A stretch of DNA of 32,000 nucleotides. It comes from an uncultured archaeon (GTDB taxonomy: Archaea > Asgardarchaeota > Thorarchaeia > Thorarchaeales > CAZPUN01). Position 1 is the stretch's first letter. The number at the start of each line of letters is the position of its first letter. The stretch covers positions 32,687 through 64,686 of the forward strand of contig CAZPUN010000007.1 of the NCBI GenBank assembly GCA_964589775.1, given 5' to 3'. Below the pieces are notes generated by a model, which worked only from the letters and a program-made list of their open reading frames with translations, made no database searches and was not told the DNA's origin. The translations under genes and the position numbers were made by a program. Positions 19,477 through 27,897 of this stretch are shown piece after piece.

Positions 19477-19899
19477 ATGGTTCGAATCTCAAACTTAAAA
19501 TTGATAAAGATCTTGCTGAAGAATGCAAGAAAACCTTATCCACAGGTTGCAAAGGAATTCAATGTTAGTGAAACTGCAATAAGGAAGCGTGTAAAGAAGC
19601 TAGAACAAGAGCAGGTGATTCTTGGATTTACGATTGATGTCAACCCAAAGAAGCTTGGATATAGTCATGTTGTGCTATTAGGCATTGACACACTACCTGA
19701 AAAGCTTCTAGAGGTTACAAGAGCGCTCAAAGAGAAGGATGAAGTCATAAAATTATATCTTTCAAGCGGAGATCATATGATAATGGCGGAATGCTGGTTT
19801 GAATCTTCAGAAGAATTCATGAATTTCATTAAAGAACTTGAGTCAAATAAGAGTATTACAAAGGTTTGTCCGGCCATACTTGTCGAGCGTCTAAAATAA
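19477..19899 (+). CDS. Lrp/AsnC family transcriptional regulator (LrpA-like)
   Basis: NAR...A....VSETAIRKRVKKLE HTH, P.KLGY, SSGDHMIM, CPAI. Confidence 0.92.
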   Translation: MVRISNLKLIKILLKNARKPYPQVAKEFNVSETAIRKRVKKLEQEQVILGFTIDVNPKKLGYSHVVLLGIDTLPEKLLEVTRALKEKDEVIKLYLSSGDHMIMAECWFESSEEFMNFIKELESNKSITKVCPAILVERLK

Positions 19900-19972
19900 T
19901 TCTATAAGTTGCAGTTAAATACAAATGGACATATGGGTCCATAATTACTTCCATTATTGATAATTAGGTTGT

Positions 19973-20614
19973 GTGAATAATTTGAATGAAAGCGACCTGA
20001 TAGAGCAGATTAGAGCTCTTAAAAATTCTGAAATCAGAGAGATTGTGGAAAAAAGAATAGAGGAGTTTAGAAAATTAGGACGAGGATCATCTAGAGAAAT
20101 CTTCAAAGAGCTTTGTTTTTGTCTTCTCACCGCGAATTTTAGTGCCAAGGGAGGTATGAAAATTCAGAATGAGCTTGGCGACGGTTTCATCACGCTTTCA
20201 CAAGATGAATTAGCAGAACGGCTAAGAAGTTTAGGTCATAGATTTCCGAATGCCCGTGCGGAATATATTGTTAGAGCAAGACAGTTAGCAGATAATCTAA
20301 AGCAAATAATTTCTGAATTTGATAATACATTAGAATTAAGAGATTGGTTAGCGAAACATGTTAAGGGGTTAGGATACAAAGAAGCGAGTCATTTCCTTAG
20401 GAATATTGGCTTTACAGATGTTGCCATCATTGATTTTCACATAATTGACATACTCGTTCGACACAATATAATTTCACGTCCGAAAACACTAACTAAACGG
20501 AGATATATAGATATTGAACAAAAGCTGCAGGAACTTGGAGATGAAGTTGGTCTTAATCTTGCAGAATTAGATCTATACTTATGGTATTTAGAGACTGGCC
20601 AGATATTAAAATAG
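19973..20614 (+). CDS. ogg: 8-oxoguanine DNA glycosylase/AP lyase (Ogg2 type)
   Basis: ELCFCLLTAN, HRFPN.RA, KGLGYKEASHFLRNIG, AIIDFH, LDLYLWY..TG.ILK. Confidence 0.93.
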   Translation: MNNLNESDLIEQIRALKNSEIREIVEKRIEEFRKLGRGSSREIFKELCFCLLTANFSAKGGMKIQNELGDGFITLSQDELAERLRSLGHRFPNARAEYIVRARQLADNLKQIISEFDNTLELRDWLAKHVKGLGYKEASHFLRNIGFTDVAIIDFHIIDILVRHNIISRPKTLTKRRYIDIEQKLQELGDEVGLNLAELDLYLWYLETGQILK

Positions 20615-20637
20615 GAAATTATGTGAAATTAAACTTG

Positions 20638-21567
20638 TTATCCCACTAGATTTTCGTCATTTTCTTGCTCATATTGTTCTTTTTCGCTGAATATTGTAGT
20701 GATTATTCCGACAGAGACTACTACGCCACCTATGATAACATATGGAGCGGGAATCTCAGCAAATAAAAACATCGCAATAGTAGATGCAATGAGCGGTTCC
20801 AGCAAAGCAACTGTGGCAATCACATACGCCTTGATCTTCTTTAATAAGAACGACTCTAATGTATGACCAAGTCCCGTAGGAACTATCACAAGCCCTGTAA
20901 GCCATACATAATCAATTAGTAACCACTGAATCGGTTCATAAAACAATACAACAGGCAGTAGAACAATCGTTGCTACAAGATAAATTATGGCCGTATATGT
21001 TGTGTTGCTCAGATGCTTTCGCACATGACGCCCACCTACCAAATAGGACGCATAGAAAAACCCACCAACCAACGCAAATATGTCACCCATAAAATAAGTG
21101 CTACCAACTTGAAAATCCGCATTCGCAATTATAATTGCGCCGATTAATGCCAGAAAAATTCCGAGCCATGCAATTCGTCGAGGCTTTTCTCGAAATAATA
21201 CTATTGATAGTATAGCCGCAAAAATTGGAGAGCTATTCACGAAAAGGGTCGAAGCTGCCACCGTGGTAAGATCTAATGAGATAAAGAATGTTACAAAATG
21301 CAAAGCTAACGCAATTCCAGTCAAAATAAGCGCAAAATAGTTTTCCTTTATTATTGAAAATGTTTTCTTATTGAACTGCTGAAGTATGACGGCCCCAATT
21401 AACATAATTATTGCTGAGATACTCATTCGCCAAAATGCAATTACAACAGGGGGCGAAGTACATAAGCGTACCATAATAGATGCCGTTGAGGCTGCAGTTA
21501 CTGCTATAAACAACAATACATAGTAAATTTGTTTGCTAGGCATGGTTCCTTCAGATTTTTGTTCCAA
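20638..21567 (-). CDS. DMT/EamA family transporter
   Basis: About 10 hydrophobic segments in two EamA repeats (AFWR, HF..F..SL..T.VA, GD, GH, LEP). Start may be ATG at 21543. Confidence 0.9.
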   Translation of the reverse strand: MEQKSEGTMPSKQIYYVLLFIAVTAASTASIMVRLCTSPPVVIAFWRMSISAIIMLIGAVILQQFNKKTFSIIKENYFALILTGIALALHFVTFFISLDLTTVAASTLFVNSSPIFAAILSIVLFREKPRRIAWLGIFLALIGAIIIANADFQVGSTYFMGDIFALVGGFFYASYLVGGRHVRKHLSNTTYTAIIYLVATIVLLPVVLFYEPIQWLLIDYVWLTGLVIVPTGLGHTLESFLLKKIKAYVIATVALLEPLIASTIAMFLFAEIPAPYVIIGGVVVSVGIITTIFSEKEQYEQENDENLVG

Positions 21568-21916
21568 TAAAAGGTTAATGATTATAGATTGTCTTTTTAG
21601 ATAAATAATATTTAGATGAACAATAGATGATTAATTTAGAGTTATCTATAAGCTACGGGAGCACATCGCTTAAAAATCGACGATACCATAAACGTTTATA
21701 AAAATATGAGCGACATTATGAAACAATTTGAGAATTTATAATGGGTTCGAGTTTAATACAACGTATTAAAAATCATTCTCTGAAGAAAATTAAGCGATAA
21801 TCAAATCCCTCGTCAGGACACGGCAAGCAAATGCGCGAAATCATTATCGCAAGGTTTGTAGATTTATTTAGAAACTTTGGATACATTCATTTAAAGACGA
21901 TTATTAGGAGAATCCC

Positions 21917-22013
21917 GACAAAACGGATGCCTAGTAAGAGTAGTGCAAAGTGACGGCAACTTCAAACGAGACATCTACTATTAAGACAAAACGGATGCCT
22001 AGTAAGAGTAGTG
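21917..22013 (+). CRISPR. Orphan CRISPR-like mini-array: 2 repeats, 1 spacer
   Basis: Exact 29-bp repeat GACAAAACGGATGCCTAGTAAGAGTAGTG at 21917-21945 and 21985-22013, with 39 bp of unique sequence between (period 68). Repeat ends read GTGCAAAG and GTGAATC, resembling the (A)TTGAAA(C/G) end. AT-rich upstream region; no cas genes in the window. Orientation is inferred. Confidence 0.55.
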
Positions 22014-22317
22014 AATCAAACATTGTAGGAGATAAACTTGATACAATGAACAAAGAATACATTATAATTCTCAAAAAATGATTTTAATTTTAAACTACTA
22101 AAAAGGTCATTTGAATATAGAAAGAGCAAAACATTCTACATCTATGAAAACATTTGATGGAAGATCGTTTTTGCAATGGAAGCCGTTTTGATATTATTTT
22201 ACAGTTTTGACGATAGTGATTTCTTGATTCCGAAATTTTATAAGAAGCTTAGCAAGATGTGAATATCTCCAATGACCCGACTATTAAAAATTACAAATTT
22301 TCATTGGGGTGGCAGAA

Positions 22318-23247
22318 ATGGCAAAGACAATTGTGGTAGCGTTAGGCGGAAACGCCATTCTTCAGAAAGGCGAAAAAGGAACATTTGAAGAACAGTATAA
22401 AAATGTTAGAAAGACATGTGAGCATATTGCAAAGCTCATCGACCGGGGCTATAGAGTAGTTATTACTCACGGAAATGGACCACAAGTTGGTGCAATTCTT
22501 CTTCAGAATGATGCGGGTAAGGAATTAGTACCGCCTATGCCACTTGATGTATGTGGAGCAGAATCTCAAGGATTTATTGGATACATGATACAGCAGAATT
22601 TGGACAACTTACTTAAAGGAAAAAGGCCTGTAGCAACTGTGGTCACACAAGTGGTTGTGAATAAAGATGATCCTGCATTTAATGACCCTTCAAAACCAGT
22701 TGGTCCATTTTATGATGAAGCAACAGCAAAGAAGTTACAAAAAGAGAAGGGCTGGATAGTAAAAGAAGATGCAGGCCGTGGCTGGCGAAGAGTAGTCCCC
22801 TCACCAGATCCTAAAAGAATTGTCGAATCTGAAGCAATTAATTCATTGATCAAGGCAGGAGTCATTGTAATTGCTTCTGGAGGCGGTGGAATTCCAGTAA
22901 TTGAAGAGGATGGAAACCTAAGAGGTGTAGAAGCCGTTATTGATAAAGACCTCGCAGGCGAAAGACTAGCAAAAGAAGTGAAGGCAGACATCTTGATGAT
23001 CCTGACAAGTGTAGATCAAGTTTATCTAAATTACGGAAAACCAGAACAAAAGGGCTTATCAAGAATGACAGTAGAAGAAGCAAAGAAATATTACGATGAA
23101 GGGCATTTTGCAAAGGGCAGCATGGGTCCAAAAGTAAAGGCAGCAATCAGATTTGTAGAAAATGGTGGAAAAATGGCAATAATTACATCTCCAGAACTTG
23201 CAACTGATGCGCTTGATGGTAAAGCCGGTACAATCATTACAAAATAA
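22318..23247 (+). CDS. arcC: Carbamate kinase
   Basis: [47 protein letters not shown]. Alternative start GTG at 22309. Confidence 0.96.
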   Translation: MAKTIVVALGGNAILQKGEKGTFEEQYKNVRKTCEHIAKLIDRGYRVVITHGNGPQVGAILLQNDAGKELVPPMPLDVCGAESQGFIGYMIQQNLDNLLKGKRPVATVVTQVVVNKDDPAFNDPSKPVGPFYDEATAKKLQKEKGWIVKEDAGRGWRRVVPSPDPKRIVESEAINSLIKAGVIVIASGGGGIPVIEEDGNLRGVEAVIDKDLAGERLAKEVKADILMILTSVDQVYLNYGKPEQKGLSRMTVEEAKKYYDEGHFAKGSMGPKVKAAIRFVENGGKMAIITSPELATDALDGKAGTIITK

Positions 23248-23260
23248 AAAGTGATTCATA

Positions 23261-24013
23261 TTGCGAAATATTTCGTTTGCTCGTGTCTCAAACATATATG
23301 ACAAAAGTCGTGAAATAAGTCCAGAATTACAGGAAAAAATCAGAAAATTAATCGCAAAATTTATTGATGAAAACACGATACTCTGTGATATAGGTGCAGG
23401 AACTGGTAGATTCGGGAGATTAATATCATCTCTCCCCGTTTTTTATATTTCTTTAGATATTGCATTCGAAATGTTGATGAAAAGTAGAATCAATTATTCA
23501 CTAAACTACTTTAGAAATATATCCTGTATTCAAGCTACATCGGAAGCTATTCCATGTAGAGATCAATCAATTGATATCGTACTAACAGTGAATTTCTTAC
23601 ACCTCATAAATTTATCCAAGTTCGCCAAGGAATTGAATAGAATTCTAAAAGTTGGTGGCTATTTCATAGCAGGATTCTTAGATACTGGTATTGATGAGGT
23701 TAGACAGTATTATGAACAAATTGCACGGAATCTTTGGAATCGATCTTATGGAATCCAAAAGCCGGTAAATGAACTTTTGTATTTCACAAAAGATATGCAA
23801 CTTATTATGTTCGATGAGCTTACTGGAACCCTTAAGGTTTCAATGCAGGAGCGATTAAAATATATGAGAGAAAAAGCTTATTCATCAATGTGGAATATTC
23901 CAGACAAGATTCATGATAAGATTATGAAGATCGTTGAAAAAAATTTTTCTTCAAAATCAGCGTCAGTAATGCAACAAAAATTTATCGGATATGTTTACAA
24001 GAAACAGAATTAA
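23261..24013 (+). CDS. Class I SAM-dependent methyltransferase, substrate unknown
   Basis: F...S..YD, DIGAGTG, LDIA..ML, RILK.GG. Confidence 0.85.
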   Translation: MRNISFARVSNIYDKSREISPELQEKIRKLIAKFIDENTILCDIGAGTGRFGRLISSLPVFYISLDIAFEMLMKSRINYSLNYFRNISCIQATSEAIPCRDQSIDIVLTVNFLHLINLSKFAKELNRILKVGGYFIAGFLDTGIDEVRQYYEQIARNLWNRSYGIQKPVNELLYFTKDMQLIMFDELTGTLKVSMQERLKYMREKAYSSMWNIPDKIHDKIMKIVEKNFSSKSASVMQQKFIGYVYKKQN

Positions 24014-24245
24014 TCTTGTTTTCGCCCTTTACACATAAGTCTAAGAGAGAACAACGCGCTTAAAGTCGCTTACGCTATTAATACCTTCGAATGCTTCTAA
24101 ATCAAAAGGTCTTTGCCTTAAATCCGATAAGATCTTCAGTAGGAAGCATTCCCTTAAATTAAACCTTTTTAAAATGAATTATTTTATGCCTCAGGTGATT
24201 ATCCAAAAGAATTATAGAAAAAGATATTGAGCCATGATTTTAATT

Positions 24246-24974
24246 TTAATCCTTTTGCGTTAATTCTTTGATTCGTGTTTTAGCAAACGCACAGTACTCT
24301 GGAACTATCTCAATTCCTATAAAATGACGATTCAGCATTTTTGAGACAACAGCTACTGTACCTGAACCCAGAAATGGGTCAAATACTAAATCATGTTCAT
24401 CACTACTAAATAGAAGAATTTTTTTAACAAGTTCAATAGGAAGCTTTGTCGGTGTCTTAATTTTTCCAGTCCAATATTCACGCTTTATAACCCAAACATC
24501 CTCCGGATAATGCTCAATCTTGTTAAATTTGTATTTCTTAGCATCTTTGACTACAAATAAAATGTGATAATGACTCGTAACATATTTGCGTTTTGTAAAT
24601 ACGCCAAATTGATATTTCCATATCAAATGATTGATTGTAATGAACCCAACATCATCTAAAGCGTTCAAAATATCCTTCAAATTATTCCAACCTGAAAATA
24701 CATACATACTACCATTCCTTTTTAAAATGCGGAATGCCTCACGCATCCAGTTGATTGTGAAGTCATAATAATCCTTTTTGGATATTTCATTATAGCCCTC
24801 AAGAACTCTATTTGCAGTCCGATTGTAATTTCCTCGCTTCGCTTTGAACTCAATTGCAAAGGGGGGGTCGGTTACTATTAGATCTACGAACTCTTCAGGT
24901 ATCTTTTGCATAAGTTTCAATGAATCTCCGCAATATATATTGTCTATTTGAATCTCTTCCATTTTATTACTCAC
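24246..24974 (-). CDS. Beta-class N4-C/N6-A DNA methyltransferase
   Basis: IYCGD; catalytic TDPPF precedes the SAM-binding DPFLGSGT; GIE. Start may be ATG at 24962. Confidence 0.92.
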   Translation of the reverse strand: MSNKMEEIQIDNIYCGDSLKLMQKIPEEFVDLIVTDPPFAIEFKAKRGNYNRTANRVLEGYNEISKKDYYDFTINWMREAFRILKRNGSMYVFSGWNNLKDILNALDDVGFITINHLIWKYQFGVFTKRKYVTSHYHILFVVKDAKKYKFNKIEHYPEDVWVIKREYWTGKIKTPTKLPIELVKKILLFSSDEHDLVFDPFLGSGTVAVVSKMLNRHFIGIEIVPEYCAFAKTRIKELTQKD

Positions 24975-25087
24975 CCGGTATGATACAGGCTTATCAATCA
25001 GGAATTTAATATAAAAATCCTATTCATATTATGCGAATAATATTTCGTTTAATATTTCAAATCATATTATTTTTACTGGGTGATATT

Positions 25088-25516
25088 GTGGACGACCTCA
25101 TTGTAATGGCTATATTGCTCGGATTCATAGTATTAACATACATTATGTATAAAATGGGAACTCGAAACGGTAGAAAAAGTGCATTAGTTGATGCTCAAAG
25201 GTACATTCAGGAAATGGAAAAAAACATCAGATTAGATGCAATTAACCGAAGTCGCAGAACACTAAGAGGACAATTAGTGGAACACTGGGTACCCTTCATG
25301 GCAGATGCAGATTTTGATCCTAGAGATGCGCGATTCATAGGACATCCGATAGATTACGTAATTTTCGATGGTGCTTCCGATGGCGAATGGAGAAAGATAA
25401 TATTTCTAGAAGTAAAATCCGGTAATGCCCAATTAAATAAAAACGAACGTGAACTAAAACGATTAATAGAAAAAGGATTCGTGGAGTTTCAAATATTTCG
25501 AGTTTCTGAATCATAA
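25088..25516 (+). CDS. Membrane-anchored PD-(D/E)xK endonuclease related to archaeal Holliday-junction resolvase (Endonuc_Holl-like)
   Basis: N-terminal TM helix, SR..L.GQ..E...P, RFIG.PIDYVIFDG, FLEVKSG...L...E. GTG at 25088 follows GGTGA. Confidence 0.82.
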   Translation: MDDLIVMAILLGFIVLTYIMYKMGTRNGRKSALVDAQRYIQEMEKNIRLDAINRSRRTLRGQLVEHWVPFMADADFDPRDARFIGHPIDYVIFDGASDGEWRKIIFLEVKSGNAQLNKNERELKRLIEKGFVEFQIFRVSES

Positions 25517-25601
25517 ACGTAATTGGCAGAAATGATTAGGTTTATTTCCTAATTTGAACTACAAAAGGTATACTCAAAAAACTTAAGCGGGTGCATCAAA
25601 A

Positions 25602-25931
25602 ACGATCCATTGCAGGTATGCAAATACTACAGATATCGATAGAATTATGGAAATAATTAATTCGTATGGTGAGAAGAATATTCCTAGTTTTATCCCAATT
25701 ACATCCAAAGAATTGGATGAAAAATTAAACAATCCCAAATTCAAAATCATTGTGGCTGAAAAAGATAATAAAATTGTAGGAGCAGCTTTTGTTTCTTATG
25801 GATATAGACGAATTGGTCTTCAGAGATTATCAATGAGCGAACCATATGATGAAGAGGTTATTGAAGATTTGCTGGATATGGCTGAAGAAGTTGCCAGAGA
25901 ACTAATAAAAGAAAATGAAGGTAAAGAGTAG
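25602..25931 (+). CDS. Short degenerate GNAT-fold protein; start uncertain
   Basis: The frame is open upstream of ATG 25647 and reads RYANTTDIDRIMEIIN; IIVAEKDNKIVGAA beta hairpin; no R/QxxGxG and no C-terminal half. Confidence 0.5.
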   Translation, partial: TIHCRYANTTDIDRIMEIINSYGEKNIPSFIPITSKELDEKLNNPKFKIIVAEKDNKIVGAAFVSYGYRRIGLQRLSMSEPYDEEVIEDLLDMAEEVARELIKENEGKE

Positions 25932-26010
25932 TAGAATACTTTCGGAAATCTGTTCATCTTATATACTTTTTATATATGATTTAGAATAGGAGATATGTGT
26001 GGGGATTTGA

Positions 26011-27897
26011 ATGAGCCGAAATTCGATTTCCGAAAAGTATCAGCAAATGGCAAAGCAGCTCGAAGAAAATATTGCCGAACGGTTGAATAGTCTCAAAGAA
26101 AGCGTTCTGTCAACAGGGGAGGCATACGACGCTTTTATCAAGAGATTTATCATACAAGGTTATGATATGGCTCAAGCTTCGCAAATCGCAGAACAATTAT
26201 TCGGAACAAATAGTGTAAAGTTCATCGGCATAGATGGAAGCATGTCTTCGGACGTTAGTTTTGATATGGTACTTTTTTCAGTTTCAGCATACATTGCGGA
26301 AGGCACTTTTGAGTTTAGAGGCAATAAACAACCGCGTGTCGAATATGATTTAAGCAACATGCGTTTAGATAATATATTATCATCAATTGTCCCAATGCAT
26401 CCGAATAATATAGTTGAAGCAGATCAAACACTATTCACAATTGCAGATGATGGAACGCACCTTATCACGCCAGTCTCGGATGAGGAAATCATCGATAATA
26501 CAGCAATTCCACAATCATTAATGAGATTTGCAGAACTATTTATGACTTATCGCAAGATACTCAATGACGATGATGTAAAGATCGTTATTTTAGACCGTTC
26601 AATTTCTTCCGAATATGCAGCACTAACTGCAGAATTACAATTAACTGAGAATAGAGACAAAAAAATGAGCCTAGTTGGATATACTATTGGAAATACGAAA
26701 ATAACTGAAAATCATATTGAGTTTGGACAATATTTATTGTATGCACCAGATATTGATATTCCACCGCGAAGATGGCCATTCATTAGAGGCCGAATAATTC
26801 ATGAATTAATTCATTTAACGCAGCCAATCGAATATGATGCACTAAGAAAAATATTGTTTGGCGATGATTCGGAAGAGGACAACATCAAGAAGGCATTCAA
26901 TAAAGAAATTGCAGGCTTGAAGAAATTAAAATTCGTAAGTGTAAAAGAGAATAAGATTCAGATAAGGCGAGAATATAAAAACATCGTAGATGCCTTGAAA
27001 CACCTTGTAAATAAGATAGGCGAAAAGATTTTTATCAAACAAACTAATGAAAATCCATTGATTATTAAAGTTAAAAACATACCTCGATGGTTAACCACAT
27101 TAGATATTGATTTTCTTTCGCTAATAACACTTCAAATGATTATTGAATATGCATGGGAGAAGAACATATTATTAATTGGCTTGACAAAAGATACTTCCGC
27201 ACGGGATTTCAAAAGACAATTCATTCCGACTATGATAAGTACAAAACAAGTAAATGTACAATTAGATCCGGAAATTTTTGATAAATTGCCAGATACGGAT
27301 CGATATCTATTACAATTTGCTTCGGTAATGCGACATGATGATATTCGGATTCCATGGACTACTGTAGAATATGATTCGGCATTCAGGACAATAATTCCAG
27401 ATGTGATTGAAGGTACAATAAAAGGTGCAAGAAGGAATTTTATAGCACCCACGAAATTATTCATGAAAATGTATGTACAGCTAGGACAGGCAATCACAGA
27501 TGAAATGCTTAGAAGTTATGTTCTAGCAGTTGATAGACTTACATTTCCGAAATTTGATGAATCTATTCTGAACAAGACATTAAAAGCTCAAGGTGGAATC
27601 TTGAATGAAGTATCACTTTATTACTCTCTTGAGCCGGAGCTTACTCCTATTCAAAATCTTGTCATAGCAATATTAAGCAATATGCAAAAGCCAAGCATTC
27701 CAGAAGCTATGGGGCATAATTATGCATTATTTATTGCAGACAAGGTGGCAAAAGAAATAATACAGATTATGGCACGTATTACAAAAGGTATGAAAAATAG
27801 AATAATCACAGATGATGAATTGCGACGGATTATAATATATTCAGGAAGTTTTAGAGAACTTCGTTCTGAAACGGAGGCAATTAGATATGGGCATTGA
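26011..27897 (+). CDS. Long NurA-family 5'-3' nuclease with a probable internal winged-helix insertion
   Basis: FIGIDGS, VILDRS, LIGLTKD, D..LL and PE..GHNY.L..AD motifs; overlaps the HerA gene by 11 bp. Confidence 0.75.
   Translation: MSRNSISEKYQQMAKQLEENIAERLNSLKESVLSTGEAYDAFIKRFIIQGYDMAQASQIAEQLFGTNSVKFIGIDGSMSSDVSFDMVLFSVSAYIAEGTFEFRGNKQPRVEYDLSNMRLDNILSSIVPMHPNNIVEADQTLFTIADDGTHLITPVSDEEIIDNTAIPQSLMRFAELFMTYRKILNDDDVKIVILDRSISSEYAALTAELQLTENRDKKMSLVGYTIGNTKITENHIEFGQYLLYAPDIDIPPRRWPFIRGRIIHELIHLTQPIEYDALRKILFGDDSEEDNIKKAFNKEIAGLKKLKFVSVKENKIQIRREYKNIVDALKHLVNKIGEKIFIKQTNENPLIIKVKNIPRWLTTLDIDFLSLITLQMIIEYAWEKNILLIGLTKDTSARDFKRQFIPTMISTKQVNVQLDPEIFDKLPDTDRYLLQFASVMRHDDIRIPWTTVEYDSAFRTIIPDVIEGTIKGARRNFIAPTKLFMKMYVQLGQAITDEMLRSYVLAVDRLTFPKFDESILNKTLKAQGGILNEVSLYYSLEPELTPIQNLVIAILSNMQKPSIPEAMGHNYALFIADKVAKEIIQIMARITKGMKNRIITDDELRRIIIYSGSFRELRSETEAIRYGH

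Noticed and set aside
21740-21815. tRNA-like fragments GGGTTCGAGT and TCAAATCCC
   Set aside because: No T-arm or acceptor-stem pairing and no cloverleaf; not callable as a tRNA or att site.
21840-22090. Additional CRISPR repeat copies at +/-68 bp
   Set aside because: Sequence near 21849 and 22053 shows no similarity to the repeat, so the array is limited to two copies.
22318-23247. Arginine deiminase operon
   Set aside because: No arcA or arcB nearby; stand-alone carbamate kinase is common in archaea.
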